Source: a virus (lineage: Duplodnaviria > Heunggongvirae > Uroviricota > Caudoviricetes). Taken from it: 32,930 nucleotides of DNA. Under the pieces are notes generated by a model. It saw nothing but the letters and a program-made list of their open reading frames with translations. It made no database searches and had not been told where the DNA came from. Positions 15,519 through 25,486 of the stretch are shown in pieces (position 1 is the stretch's first letter; each line of letters opens with the position of its first letter). The DNA lies in the IMG/VR virus record IMGVR_UViG_2690316161_000021, positions 1 to 32,930 of that record; one strand, 5' to 3'. The translations under genes and the position numbers were made by a program.

Positions 15519-16355
15519 ATGGCTAATGAAAAAAAGACATCCCGCAAAAAGTTTCGCGTGGCTGTCTCCGGATCAACTGTTGATGGCCGCGAAATCAGCC
15601 CGGTACATCTGCGTGAAGCCGCCGAGAACTTCAACCCGGATGTTTACGCTGCCCGCGTGAACGTTGAGCACTATCTCTCGCCATGCCCGTCAAGCGAATT
15701 TTCCGCAATGGGCGATGTCACCGCACTGAGTACGGAAGATATTACGGAAGGCCCGCTGGCCGGACGTACTGCGCTGTATGCAGAAATCGAACCGACCGAG
15801 CGCATGAAGCAGCTTGTCGCTGACGGCAAGAAAATCTATTCCAGTATCGAACTGCACCCGCAGTTCTCCGTTAACGGGCGCGCCTATCTGGTCGGGCTGG
15901 CGATGACCGACACCCCGGCAAGCCTGGGCACTGAGCGCCTGAAATTCACGGCACAGCAACGTCAGGCGGTGATGACGTTCAACAGTATCCAGGGTGAAGC
16001 ACCGCTTATCTCCGAAGCCATCGAGTCTGAAATCATCGAAATGGCAGAACAACGCCAGGAAGAAGGCACCCAGTGGTTTAACCGCGTAATGGGGATTATT
16101 GGTCGTGGCCGCAAAGCGGATGACGCCAGTTTTTCCCGTATTCAGGAAGCGGTGGAAGGCGTCGCAACGTCACAGGCCGACATTATCGACCGTTTTAATG
16201 TGCTGGAAACCCGCCATCAGCAGGACCGCCAGAAAATCACGTCACTGACCACAGAGCTGACAGCACTGAAGGAAAAACTGCGCACGCAGGACGGCGATCC
16301 GCAGAACCGGTTCACCGCAACGGGCGCAGCCTCCGAGCAGCTGGCTGACTTCTGA
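15519..16355 (+). CDS. O: Capsid scaffolding protein (P2 gpO-like)
   Basis: N-terminus MANEKKTSRKKFRVAVSGSTVDGREIS matches the gpO pattern as recalled; the ORF extends upstream to 15486. Confidence 0.8.
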   Translation: MANEKKTSRKKFRVAVSGSTVDGREISPVHLREAAENFNPDVYAARVNVEHYLSPCPSSEFSAMGDVTALSTEDITEGPLAGRTALYAEIEPTERMKQLVADGKKIYSSIELHPQFSVNGRAYLVGLAMTDTPASLGTERLKFTAQQRQAVMTFNSIQGEAPLISEAIESEIIEMAEQRQEEGTQWFNRVMGIIGRGRKADDASFSRIQEAVEGVATSQADIIDRFNVLETRHQQDRQKITSLTTELTALKEKLRTQDGDPQNRFTATGAASEQLADF

Positions 16356-16378
16356 TAAGACAAAGGAGCAAATTTTTT

Positions 16379-17431
16379 ATGAATCTGGTGATGTCAGATA
16401 TTACCCGCAACAAGCTGGGTTGCTATATGGCGCAGCAGGCGTCGCTTAACAATATCCCGGTTTCCGCACTGGTATCGCGATTTACCGTGGAACCCTCGGT
16501 ACAGCAGCGTTTTGAAAACGCCTCAAAGGAAAGCACCGAATTTACAAAAAGAATTAACGTGATCGGCGTGACCGACCAGAAAGGCGAAAAAATCCTCCTG
16601 GATACCACCGGGCCGATTGCGCGCACGAATACCAGTTATGACGGCACAAAACGCCGTAACCCGAATAATGTGGTTGATCTGAAAAACCGCAAATACCAGT
16701 GCGAACAGGTGAACTACGACACGTTTATTTCATATCCGCAGCTTGATGCCTGGGCGGCACACCCTGATTTTCAGTCCCACATCAGCGCACAGATTGCCCG
16801 ACAGGTGGCACTTGACCGCATCATGATCGGTTTCAACGGCACGTCTCACGCGGATGAGTCCAACTTCAGCACCAACAAGTTGCTTCAGGACGTTAACGTG
16901 GGGTGGCTGGAGCACATCAGAACCGACGCCAGCGAACGCGTTATGAATGACGTGACGCTGACCTCCCGTAACATGGACAACACCGTGGCGCACGCGGGTA
17001 AGTATGCGAACGCTGATGCACTGGTACAGGACGCGCGCTCATCCCTGCTGGATGAATGGCACAAGGAAGCTGACGACCTCGTGGTGATTATGGGGCGCAA
17101 CCTGTTTAACTCGCTGCGTCTGCCCGTGCTGAACAGCATCAGCGGCCAGAATCCTAATGCGGAATTACTCGCCGGGCAGCTCATTCTGTCATCGCGCACC
17201 ATTGGCGGGCTGGGCGTGTTCCTTGCGCCGTTCTTCCCGGATGCAACGATGCTGATCACCTCGTTCAACAACCTGTCGATTTACTGGCAGAAAGGTTCAA
17301 TGCGTCGTCTGATGAAAGACGAACCGGAATACAACCGCATCGCCACCTACCAGTCCATCAATGACGCTTATGTCGTTGAAGACTATGGCAAGTGCGCGAT
17401 GGTCACTGGCCTGAAGTTCGCCGACAGCTAA
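16379..17431 (+). CDS. N: Major capsid protein (P2 gpN-like)
   Basis: 350 aa; FTVEPSV...FTKRINVIGVTDQKGEKI matches the gpN N-terminal region as recalled. Confidence 0.85.
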   Translation: MNLVMSDITRNKLGCYMAQQASLNNIPVSALVSRFTVEPSVQQRFENASKESTEFTKRINVIGVTDQKGEKILLDTTGPIARTNTSYDGTKRRNPNNVVDLKNRKYQCEQVNYDTFISYPQLDAWAAHPDFQSHISAQIARQVALDRIMIGFNGTSHADESNFSTNKLLQDVNVGWLEHIRTDASERVMNDVTLTSRNMDNTVAHAGKYANADALVQDARSSLLDEWHKEADDLVVIMGRNLFNSLRLPVLNSISGQNPNAELLAGQLILSSRTIGGLGVFLAPFFPDATMLITSFNNLSIYWQKGSMRRLMKDEPEYNRIATYQSINDAYVVEDYGKCAMVTGLKFADS

Positions 17432-17476
17432 TCAACTCACGGCGGGCATCATGCCCGCCTGTAACGGAGAGAAAAA

Positions 17477-18277
17477 ATGATTACTCCTGCACAGCAACAC
17501 TGGCAGAACGTGATGGCACAGCGCGCAGGCCGGGCGAATGAAGGCGTGGACCATGCCGCGCGTACCGCGCATGAAGAGGTGCTGTATCGTCTGCGTCTGG
17601 CACAGGCCCGGCTTAAGGGCGTACAGGCCAGAAGCGCGAAAGCCGCCATCAAAAAAGAGTTGTTGCCGGATTTTTCCGGCTGGATTGAGGGAACGCTGGA
17701 GGCTGACGGCGGGCAGCAGGATGAAGTGATTGCCACGCTGATGGTGTGGGCGATTGACTGTGGCGATCTTCCGCTTGCGCTGCGTATCGGCGCGTATGTG
17801 GTCCATCACAACCTCATCATGCCGGATAACTTTGGCCGTACTGCTGCCACGGTACTGACCGAAGAAATCTGTAATCCGGTACTGACGCAGGCCGGGACGG
17901 ATGCCGACGCGGATTTGTCCGCCTTTATCGAACCACTGGACACCCTCCGGGAGATTGTCACCGACCAGGACATGCCGGACGAAGTGCGCGCCAAATTATG
18001 CAAAGCGTGCGCCTTTGCCCGCCGTGGCCTGACCGATGCGGACAGCATGGCCTCATCACTGAAGCTGCTGCGCGAAGCGATGCACCTGAACCCGAACGCA
18101 GGTGTGAAACGCGAGATTGCAACCCTTTCCCGCGCCCTGAAAAAAGCCGATTCCGCAGCCGCACCAGAAGATGCCAGCACACCGCAGGCGCAGGACGAAA
18201 GCAGCAAAAGTAAAAAGACAACGCGGAAGCCTGCAACACGAAAAACCACCGCGACGCAGAAGGCGAAGCGCGGTTAA
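17477..18277 (+). CDS. M: Terminase small/endonuclease subunit (P2 gpM-like)
   Basis: 266 aa in the gpM position with a basic C-terminal tail. Confidence 0.75.
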   Translation: MITPAQQHWQNVMAQRAGRANEGVDHAARTAHEEVLYRLRLAQARLKGVQARSAKAAIKKELLPDFSGWIEGTLEADGGQQDEVIATLMVWAIDCGDLPLALRIGAYVVHHNLIMPDNFGRTAATVLTEEICNPVLTQAGTDADADLSAFIEPLDTLREIVTDQDMPDEVRAKLCKACAFARRGLTDADSMASSLKLLREAMHLNPNAGVKREIATLSRALKKADSAAAPEDASTPQAQDESSKSKKTTRKPATRKTTATQKAKRG

Positions 18278-18380
18278 CGACTGACCCCGTCAGCGGGCGG
18301 CGTGCGCGGTGTTCCGGTTTGACTCCGTGACCGTTTACACCGAGCACCCACCGCCCGATTTTTTTCAGGAGTGAACCCCC

Positions 18381-18875
18381 ATGAGTATGGTTGCCAGAAC
18401 TGAACCAAGACCCGCAGAGGACGACATCACCGATACCGATGATGGTGATACCCGTATTTCAGCGGGTGCATTCTGGCCGGATATTGTGCTGCGTGAGCTG
18501 CGTCTGGCGATACGACTGCCGGGCCGTGTGACCACCTCCCGCCTGCTGCATACCGCCACCGGGGCAGTGGCACACGTTACCCGCGAGCTGGAAGCGTGGC
18601 AGCAGGAACAGCAGGCGGCTGGCCATCTGACGCTGGCCGATGTTCCGGCACCCGTAATTAACGGAGAAAGCGTCAATCTCTGGCACTGGCGCAATGCTGT
18701 TTATACCGCCACACGCGCCCTGATTCTGGAGCGTTACCGCGATGTGGACACAACGGACAAGGGCGACCGCAGGGCGGACGCACTGGATATACAGACATCG
18801 GATTTGTGGCGTGATGTGAGCTGGGCCATCTCTGACATTCTGTGCCGCCCGCGAATCTTTGCGGAGTTGTGCTGA
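18381..18875 (+). CDS. L: Head completion/stabilisation protein (P2 gpL-like)
   Basis: 164 aa, by synteny and size. Confidence 0.7.
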   Translation: MSMVARTEPRPAEDDITDTDDGDTRISAGAFWPDIVLRELRLAIRLPGRVTTSRLLHTATGAVAHVTRELEAWQQEQQAAGHLTLADVPAPVINGESVNLWHWRNAVYTATRALILERYRDVDTTDKGDRRADALDIQTSDLWRDVSWAISDILCRPRIFAELC

Positions 18876-19075
18876 TGAAAGTAAAGGCACTGGAAGGCGA
18901 CACCGTGGATTCGCTCTGTTTCCGGTACTACGGCACGACGCAGGGCGTCACCGAAAAGGTGCTGGATGCCAACCCCGGACTCTGCCAGCAGGTATTTCTG
19001 GACGCCGGGCAGGACGTGGAGATGCCAGAGCCGGAGAAGAAGAAACGAGAAATGATTCAGTTGTGGGGGGAGTAG
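18875..19075 (+). CDS. X: Tail protein X (P2 gpX-like)
   Basis: 66 aa; start overlaps the L stop (TGATG). Confidence 0.65.
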   Translation: MKVKALEGDTVDSLCFRYYGTTQGVTEKVLDANPGLCQQVFLDAGQDVEMPEPEKKKREMIQLWGE

Positions 19076-19077
19076 CA

Positions 19078-19401
19078 GTGAGCACCATTCAAACAGGGAT
19101 CACAGAGCAGGTTATTGCGTGGCTCTTTGACCACCTGCCAACGGTGTATGCAGTAGGCGCGGCGGTCAGCATTTCCGCGCTGATGAGTCTTTATGACGGA
19201 CGAACACTGGTTCAGACCGTAACGGGATCGCTGGCGTGCGGCGTTCTTGCCATGGCCGTGGCCGGGTCGTTGCGCTTCTTCGGGCTTCCTGAAGATGCCG
19301 TGACGTTTATCGGCGCATCAATCGGTTTTATGGGGGCAGAGAAAGCACGCGACAAGGTTATTGCGGCCTTTAATCGCAGGGTGAAGGAGAAGGACGAATG
19401 A
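19078..19401 (+). CDS. Holin
   Basis: About 107 aa from a GTG with GGGGGGAG RBS; predicted transmembrane helices; immediately upstream of the endolysin. Confidence 0.6.
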   Translation: MSTIQTGITEQVIAWLFDHLPTVYAVGAAVSISALMSLYDGRTLVQTVTGSLACGVLAMAVAGSLRFFGLPEDAVTFIGASIGFMGAEKARDKVIAAFNRRVKEKDE

Positions 19402-19790
19402 GCAACACATTTAAATTCAGCAGCCGGAGCGAAAAGAATTTGCAGGGCGTAAACCCTGATCTGGTGAAAGTGACCCGACGGGCACTGGAAATTTCGGAAG
19501 TGGATTTTGGTATCACCGAAGGGTTGCGCAGCCGTTACCGCCAGAAGCAACTTGTGGCCACAGGTAAGAGCCAGACCATGAACAGCCGCCACCTTACGGG
19601 GCATGCCGTGGATGTTGTGGCTTATATCGGCAGCCAGGTGTCATGGGAATGGCCGCTGTACGAAAAAATCGCAGCAGCATTCAGACAGGCCAGCCGGGAA
19701 CTGAATATTCCGGTGGAATGGGGCGGCGACTGGAAGACCCTGAAAGACGGACCGCATTTTCAGTTACCACACGGAGCCTATCCGGCATGA
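19398..19790 (+). CDS. Endolysin, peptidase M15 type (L-alanyl-D-glutamate peptidase-like)
   Basis: 130 aa with zinc-peptidase motifs SRHLTGHAVDV and GGDW; overlaps the holin stop and the spanin start. Confidence 0.75.
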   Translation: MSNTFKFSSRSEKNLQGVNPDLVKVTRRALEISEVDFGITEGLRSRYRQKQLVATGKSQTMNSRHLTGHAVDVVAYIGSQVSWEWPLYEKIAAAFRQASRELNIPVEWGGDWKTLKDGPHFQLPHGAYPA

Positions 19791-20194
19791 AGCTCTGGCC
19801 CACGCTTGGCGTCGCTTTCCTTCTGATTGCCGGATGGGGAACATCCATGCGTCTGTCGTGGTCGCTGGGCCGGGAGAACGCCAGAAACGAAGCGCAGGCC
19901 AGCACCCTGAAAAGTACCGCCGACACCCTGAATATCATCAGCGCCGGGGTACAGGATATGCAGCAGGTGCTGGCGCAACTCCGCGTGGAAAATCAGCAAC
20001 GCAATCAGGACGGAGAGGTAAGACGTGAACAGCTACGCAACGATATTGCAAAAGATGAATGCGCCCACGCTTTGCCTGACGCTCGTTTTACTGACAGGCT
20101 GCGCAGGCACGCAGAACGCGCCACTGCCAGCGCCGTCAGTCCGGCTTATACCGCAGACGCTGACCATACCGGTAACGCCTCCCCCCTTCCCTGA
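19787..20194 (+). CDS. i-spanin (Rz/LysB-like)
   Basis: N-terminal TM (LWPTLGVAFLLIAGWG) followed by a Q/R-rich coiled coil; ATGA overlap with the endolysin. Confidence 0.65.
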   Translation: MKLWPTLGVAFLLIAGWGTSMRLSWSLGRENARNEAQASTLKSTADTLNIISAGVQDMQQVLAQLRVENQQRNQDGEVRREQLRNDIAKDECAHALPDARFTDRLRRHAERATASAVSPAYTADADHTGNASPLP

Positions 20195-20345
20195 CACTCC
20201 CACATGGGGAAATCTCGGTATATGGGGCGACCGCCTTCTGGATGCACTGGAAACCTGTAACGCGGATAAACGGGCCATTGAATTACTGGAACAACGCAGG
20301 CTGCAACGACTGAACAACGAGGATAACAACCATGCTGAAAACTGA
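20025..20345 (+). CDS. o-spanin lipoprotein (Rz1/LysC-like)
   Basis: Lipobox LLTGCAG, Pro-rich; overlaps the i-spanin 3' end in another frame. Start could be 20025 or 20055. Confidence 0.65.
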   Translation: MNSYATILQKMNAPTLCLTLVLLTGCAGTQNAPLPAPSVRLIPQTLTIPVTPPPFPDTPTWGNLGIWGDRLLDALETCNADKRAIELLEQRRLQRLNNEDNNHAEN

Positions 20346-20799
20346 TTCCCTGCGTGAAGCCATGACCCGTTCATGCCGATGGTGTCAGGCTAACCCGGAA
20401 AAATTCACCATTTTCGTGGAGAGCGGCAACATTGAAACGACCGGAGAAACTCCCTCGTTTGTTTACCACTATCAGATGGTGATGTTTGTCATGGATTACG
20501 CCGGGGAGCTGGACGACCTCACGCTGCCGCTGCTGGCGTGGTTATCCGAAAATCAGCCACAGTTGTTGCTCAATCCGGAGCGTAATCAGGACATCAAATT
20601 TTCCGCCGTTATCAATGACGATGACAGCGCCGATCTCCTGTTTACGCTCCCCCTGCGGGAACGCGTTCGCATTACGCGCAACAGTCAGGGCACACCGCAG
20701 GCAGAACACCTGCCGGAGCCAAAACCCCGCCTGCCCTCTTCCGAAGGCGACTGGTCGCATGTATTCCAGGATGTGACGCGGGGTGAAAGCGATGGATAA
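20332..20799 (+). CDS. R: Tail completion protein (P2 gpR-like)
   Basis: 155 aa, by synteny and size. Confidence 0.7.
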   Translation: MLKTDSLREAMTRSCRWCQANPEKFTIFVESGNIETTGETPSFVYHYQMVMFVMDYAGELDDLTLPLLAWLSENQPQLLLNPERNQDIKFSAVINDDDSADLLFTLPLRERVRITRNSQGTPQAEHLPEPKPRLPSSEGDWSHVFQDVTRGESDG

Positions 20800-21427
20800 G
20801 GCATTCACCCGCGTGGATGAAACCTTTGAGGCTATCCGCGACAGCCTGAATCAGCAGGCCATCAATAACATCGCCAGAAAGCTGGCACAGGATTTACGCC
20901 GCGCCCAGCAGGCGCGCATCCGGTCACAGAAAGCGCCGGACGGGACCGCATGGACACCACGCAGACGCCGCGTAACCCGGATACAGGAGCGCATTCGCTT
21001 TATCTGGAATAACGAAGCACGCACGCTGAAAAACTGGCATCACGACACGGGGAAATACGGGCGAACCATTACCGGGTGGGATGAGGATAAAAACAATATC
21101 CGCACGTTTTATCGGGATGACATCGACCGTTTTCTGGAAATACGCACCCGGCGCATCAACCAGGACAGCACAAAGCGCGTCCCCATGTTCGTAAAACTGC
21201 GCACCGCCCGCTACCTGAAAGCCCGTGCAGATGCTTCCGGTGTGACGGTGGGTTACAGCGGCGTAGCCGCACGTATTGCCCGCGTTCATCAGTACGGTGA
21301 GCGCGATCAGGTTGCGCCGGGCATTTTCACCGATTACCCGGTACGTGAGCTGCTGGGTATCAGCCAGGCAGATGAGCGTCTGATTTATAACACGGTGCTG
21401 GGCCGGATTGCGGAGGCTGTACGGTGA
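20783..21427 (+). CDS. S: Tail completion/virion morphogenesis protein (P2 gpS-like)
   Basis: By synteny; start could be 20783 or 20792. Confidence 0.65.
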   Translation: MKAMDKAFTRVDETFEAIRDSLNQQAINNIARKLAQDLRRAQQARIRSQKAPDGTAWTPRRRRVTRIQERIRFIWNNEARTLKNWHHDTGKYGRTITGWDEDKNNIRTFYRDDIDRFLEIRTRRINQDSTKRVPMFVKLRTARYLKARADASGVTVGYSGVAARIARVHQYGERDQVAPGIFTDYPVRELLGISQADERLIYNTVLGRIAEAVR

Positions 21428-22005
21428 GCGCAGAACTCATGCGACTGCTGAGCAATATCATCCGCACCGGGATCATCTCTGAAGTTGATGAGAAGTCCTG
21501 GCGCGTGCGCGTTCGCAGCGGCGAACTGGAAACAGGCTGGTTGCGCTGGAACACCACGCGCGCGGGAACCTTCAATGTGTGGCTGCCGCCATCAGTGGGC
21601 GAACAGGTGGTAATTGCCTGCATTGGCGGCAACCCGGAAACCGCCATGATAATTGGCAGCCTGTGGAGTGATGCCAATCCGGCCCCCGGCAAAAGCCTGA
21701 AAGAAATCGTGGTCAGCGCGCCGGATGGCGCGGTGTTCCGCTACGACGCGGACGCAGGCGCACTGAGCGCCAGCGGCATGAAAACAGCCACCCTGCAGGC
21801 ATCCGTCAGCGTGAAACTGGATACGCCCGTCGTGGAATGCACAAACCTTCTGAAAACAGCCGAGATTGACGTCACAAAAGGGGGAAAGATGAGCGGCAAT
21901 ATCACGCACAGCGGCGGCGATTTCACCTCAAACGGCATCACAGTGCATACGCATAAGCACGGTGGCGTTAAAGGTGGCAGCGATTCGACAGGAGGCCCGC
22001 AGTGA
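21424..22005 (+). CDS. V: Baseplate spike/assembly protein (P2 gpV-like)
   Basis: 193 aa, by synteny, overlapping its neighbours. Confidence 0.7.
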   Translation: MSAELMRLLSNIIRTGIISEVDEKSWRVRVRSGELETGWLRWNTTRAGTFNVWLPPSVGEQVVIACIGGNPETAMIIGSLWSDANPAPGKSLKEIVVSAPDGAVFRYDADAGALSASGMKTATLQASVSVKLDTPVVECTNLLKTAEIDVTKGGKMSGNITHSGGDFTSNGITVHTHKHGGVKGGSDSTGGPQ

Positions 22006-22352
22006 CAACCCGCTACACAGGAATGAACCCGGACGGAACGGGAAACCTGAACGATATGGAGCACCTGAAACAGTCAGTCAGGGACATCCTGACCACCCCG
22101 CTGGCAAGCCGGGTTATGCGACGGGAATATGGCAGCCTTGTGCCTGATTTGATTGACGAACCCATGAATAACACCACGCGTCTGCAATGCATGAGTGCTG
22201 CCGTGATTGCGCTGACACGATGGGAACCCCGCATTGCCCTGGACGCTATCGACGTTGTCTGGAAGGCAGGAGGCCGCGCCGGGGTGACGCTGTCGGGCAC
22301 TGTTATGCAGACCATGCAGAATGTTGAATTAACCATCACGCTGAGAGAGTAA
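22002..22352 (+). CDS. W: Baseplate protein (P2 gpW-like)
   Basis: 116 aa, by size and synteny. Confidence 0.75.
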   Translation: MTTRYTGMNPDGTGNLNDMEHLKQSVRDILTTPLASRVMRREYGSLVPDLIDEPMNNTTRLQCMSAAVIALTRWEPRIALDAIDVVWKAGGRAGVTLSGTVMQTMQNVELTITLRE

Positions 22353-22355
22353 ATC

Positions 22356-23252
22356 ATGCCTGCTGTTGACCTTTCCCAGTTACCGGAACCCGCCATCATC
22401 GCGAAGCCTGATTTTGAGGCAATTCTGGCTGACACAAAGGCCATGATGATTGCGGCTTATCCCGCCGAACAGCGTGAAGCCGTTTCCGCCGCGCTGGAGC
22501 TGGAATCGGAACCCCTGAACGTTATCGCCCAGACAACAGCGTTTCGTGAAATGCTGTTACGCCAGCGGGTCAATGAGGGGGCACGCGCCTGCATGTTAAG
22601 CCACAGCGCCGGGACAGACCTGGACAACCTCGCGGGCAATATGAACACAAAGCGCCTGACCATCACTCCGGCAACGGATACCACCGACGCGGTGATGGAG
22701 AGCGACACCTCGCTGAGACTGCGGGCGCAGCGGGCGTACGACGGCCTGAGTGTTGCTGGCCCGTCAGGTGCATACGAGTATTTTGCCCGCAGCGCCAGCG
22801 GTCTGGTGCGTGATGCGCGGGCTATCAGCCCGTCTCCGGCAAATGTGACGGTTTCCATCCTGTCCACTGAGGGCGACGGCACAGCAACGGAGGCGTTGCT
22901 TAATACCGTTCGCGCCGTTCTGAATGCAGAGGATACCCGCCCGGTGGCCGACCGCCTGACCGTACAGAGCGCCAGAATCGTGACATGGCGGCTGAATGCA
23001 AAACTGTACTTTTACCCCGGCCCGGAATCCGAACCTATTCTGGCCGCGGCTGAATCGTCGTTCAGGAAGTGGCTGGCTGAGCAGGGGCTTATCGGTCAGG
23101 ACGTGGCGTTGTCCGCCATTGCTGCCGCACTGCATGTGCACGGTGTGCAACGCGTGGAGATAATCGAACCCACACAGAATATGACCATCAGCGACATACA
23201 GGCGGCGCGCTGTGAGTCATTCACCATCAGCGAAGGTGGACGCAATGAGTAA
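22356..23252 (+). CDS. J: Baseplate protein (P2 gpJ-like)
   Basis: 298 aa, by size and synteny. Confidence 0.8.
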   Translation: MPAVDLSQLPEPAIIAKPDFEAILADTKAMMIAAYPAEQREAVSAALELESEPLNVIAQTTAFREMLLRQRVNEGARACMLSHSAGTDLDNLAGNMNTKRLTITPATDTTDAVMESDTSLRLRAQRAYDGLSVAGPSGAYEYFARSASGLVRDARAISPSPANVTVSILSTEGDGTATEALLNTVRAVLNAEDTRPVADRLTVQSARIVTWRLNAKLYFYPGPESEPILAAAESSFRKWLAEQGLIGQDVALSAIAAALHVHGVQRVEIIEPTQNMTISDIQAARCESFTISEGGRNE

Positions 23253-23853
23253 TTCGTTGTTACCACCATCAGCCAGCAATTTCATGCGTTGTGCCGAAGC
23301 CGTCGGAACACGCATTACAGACATTCCGGTAGACCTCAACACGCTGTGGTCGCCGGACACCTGCCCGGTGCATCTGCTGCCTTATCTCGCCTGGGCGTTT
23401 TCCGTTGACCGCTGGGATCGCAACTGGCCGGAAGAGACAAAGCGACAGGTAATTCGTGATGCATGGCTGATACACCGACACAAAGGGACCATCAGCGCAC
23501 TGCGAAGAGCCGTGGAGCCTCTCGGCTACCTGATTGAAGTAAAGGAGTGGTGGCAACTCAACGAGGAGCCAGGAACATTTCGCATTGTTGTCGGAGTACT
23601 TGATCAGGGCATCACCGATGAAATGTATCAGGAACTTGAGCGCCTTATTGCGGATGCAAAACCAGTAAGTCGCCATCTGACGGGGCTGGCGATCAGCCTG
23701 AGTGTGAACGGAAAGATTTTCGTTGGTACGGGATGCTATCACGGCGATGCCCTGACGGTTTATCCCTACACCCCGGAGTCCATTATTGTCGAAGGGGATT
23801 ATTTCCCTGCCCCGGCCATTCATTTAATTGATAATCTGAGAGTAAACGCATGA
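23245..23853 (+). CDS. I: Baseplate/tail protein (P2 gpI-like)
   Basis: About 200 aa from the ATG at 23245, overlapping the J stop. Confidence 0.7.
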   Translation: MSNSLLPPSASNFMRCAEAVGTRITDIPVDLNTLWSPDTCPVHLLPYLAWAFSVDRWDRNWPEETKRQVIRDAWLIHRHKGTISALRRAVEPLGYLIEVKEWWQLNEEPGTFRIVVGVLDQGITDEMYQELERLIADAKPVSRHLTGLAISLSVNGKIFVGTGCYHGDALTVYPYTPESIIVEGDYFPAPAIHLIDNLRVNA

Positions 23854-25331
23854 CAGTGAAATACTACGCCATTCTGACTAATCAGGGCGCAGCACGACTG
23901 GCTAACGCGACGATGCTCGGCAGTAAGCTGAATCTGACGCAAATGGCCGTTGGTGATGCAAATGGTGTGTTACCAACACCAGACCCTGCACAAACAAAAC
24001 TGATTAACCAGAAACGCATTGCACCGCTGAATCTTCTGAGTGTTGACCCTAACAATCAGAGCCAGATTATTGCGGAGCAAATCATCCCTGAAAACGAGGG
24101 AGGATTCTGGATCCGTGAGATTGGTCTTTATGATGATGAAGGTGTACTCATTGCGGTGGCAAACTGCCCGGAAACGTACAAACCGCAGTTGCAGGAAGGC
24201 AGTGGACGCACCCAGACTATCCGCATGATTCTGGTTGTCACGAACACCGAAGCTATCACGCTGAAAATCGACCCGTCTGTGGTTCTGGCAACCCGCAAAT
24301 ATGTGGATGATAAAATCTCAGAGCACGAACAGTCACGACGTCACCCGGACGCCTCGCTGACCGCAAAAGGTTTTACTCAGTTAAGCAGTGCAATTAACAG
24401 TGAATCAGAAACACTGGCCGCAACACCGAAAGCGGTTAAGGCTGCATATGACCTGGCTAACGGGAAATATACCGCCCAGAACGCCACCACTATACAAAAA
24501 GGGATTGTTCAGCTCAGTAGCGCCACGAACAGCACGTCTGAAACGCTGGCAGCGACACCAAAAGCTGTTAAGGTGGTAATGGATGAAACGAACAAGAAAG
24601 CACCATTAAACAGCCCGGCACTGACCGGAACGCCAACAACACCAACAGCGCCACAGGGAACTAATAGTACCCAGATCGCAAGCACGGCTTTCGTTATGGC
24701 CGCGATTGCCGCACTTGTAGATTCGTCACCTGATGCACTGAACACGCTGAACGAACTGGCTGCGGCGCTGGGCAATGACCCGAATTTTGCGACCACCATG
24801 ACTAACGCGCTTGCGGGTAAGCAACCGAAGGATGCCACCCTGACGGCGCTGGCGGAGCTTGCTACATCAGCAGATAAACTCCCATATTTTACAGGGGCAG
24901 ATCGTGCCGCGTTAACCGCGTTGACAAGTGTTGGACGTGCCATTCTTGGTAAAACCAGCACTCAGGGAGTTCTTGATTACCTTGGTTTGGGAGAAGCGGC
25001 AAAACGGAATGTGGGAACAGGGGAAAATCAGATACCAGATATGTCTGCATTTCCATCTGGCAAAAACTGGTTTCAGTTACCAAGTGGTCATATTGTCCAA
25101 ATGTTTTCGATGAATGTTTATGGGGCGGACACTAACGGAACTACAGGTAATTTCCCTATTGCATTTCCTTCAGGCGCACTGGCTGTTAGTGCCTTATGGT
25201 CAGATGGCTCATTAACCGCTGCTCCGACCTTTAAACTTATGGGGTACACGACAACAAGGACATCAGTAACCTTAAAAGTATCAACCGGAAATGGTTTGTA
25301 TGGAACTATGATTATCGCAATAGGAAGATAA
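23850..25331 (+). CDS. H: Tail fibre protein (P2 gpH-like) with exchangeable C-terminal tip
   Basis: 493 aa; conserved N-terminus (MAVGDANG...GGFWIREIGLYDDEGVLIAVAN) and an internal duplicated QLSSA.NS.SETLAATPKAVK motif. A hix-like site lies inside the gene at 24970-24995. Confidence 0.85.
   Translation: MTVKYYAILTNQGAARLANATMLGSKLNLTQMAVGDANGVLPTPDPAQTKLINQKRIAPLNLLSVDPNNQSQIIAEQIIPENEGGFWIREIGLYDDEGVLIAVANCPETYKPQLQEGSGRTQTIRMILVVTNTEAITLKIDPSVVLATRKYVDDKISEHEQSRRHPDASLTAKGFTQLSSAINSESETLAATPKAVKAAYDLANGKYTAQNATTIQKGIVQLSSATNSTSETLAATPKAVKVVMDETNKKAPLNSPALTGTPTTPTAPQGTNSTQIASTAFVMAAIAALVDSSPDALNTLNELAAALGNDPNFATTMTNALAGKQPKDATLTALAELATSADKLPYFTGADRAALTALTSVGRAILGKTSTQGVLDYLGLGEAAKRNVGTGENQIPDMSAFPSGKNWFQLPSGHIVQMFSMNVYGADTNGTTGNFPIAFPSGALAVSALWSDGSLTAAPTFKLMGYTTTRTSVTLKVSTGNGLYGTMIIAIGR
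24970..24995 (+). other. Candidate Gin/Hin/Pin-type crossover site inside H (TTCTTGATTACC TT GGTTTGGGAGAA)
   Basis: 26-bp site with 12-bp half-sites flanking a 2-bp core, resembling the hix/gix pattern as recalled; its 3' 15 bp are identical to the site at 31411-31425. Confidence 0.55.
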
Positions 25332-25332
25332 T

Positions 25333-25437
25333 ATGAATCAATATATTTATTCCCCTTCGGAAAATGCTTTTTATGCTGTTAATTTAAAAAACACTTATGA
25401 AGTAAATGGAACATGGCCTGCTGATGCATTAGAGTAA
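25333..25437 (+). pseudogene. G: Tail fibre assembly gene (gpG/Tfa-like), 5' fragment interrupted by IS66
   Basis: AGGAAG RBS and ATG at 25333; 34 codons (MNQYIYSPSENAFYAVNLKNTYEVNGTWPADALE) ending in a stop created by the IS end; the remainder is on the minus strand at 32466-32816. Confidence 0.8.
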
Positions 25438-25486
25438 CCGGCTCATTTAAACCGTCTGGTCTGTTTCCTCCGGCTCTACAAAAATA

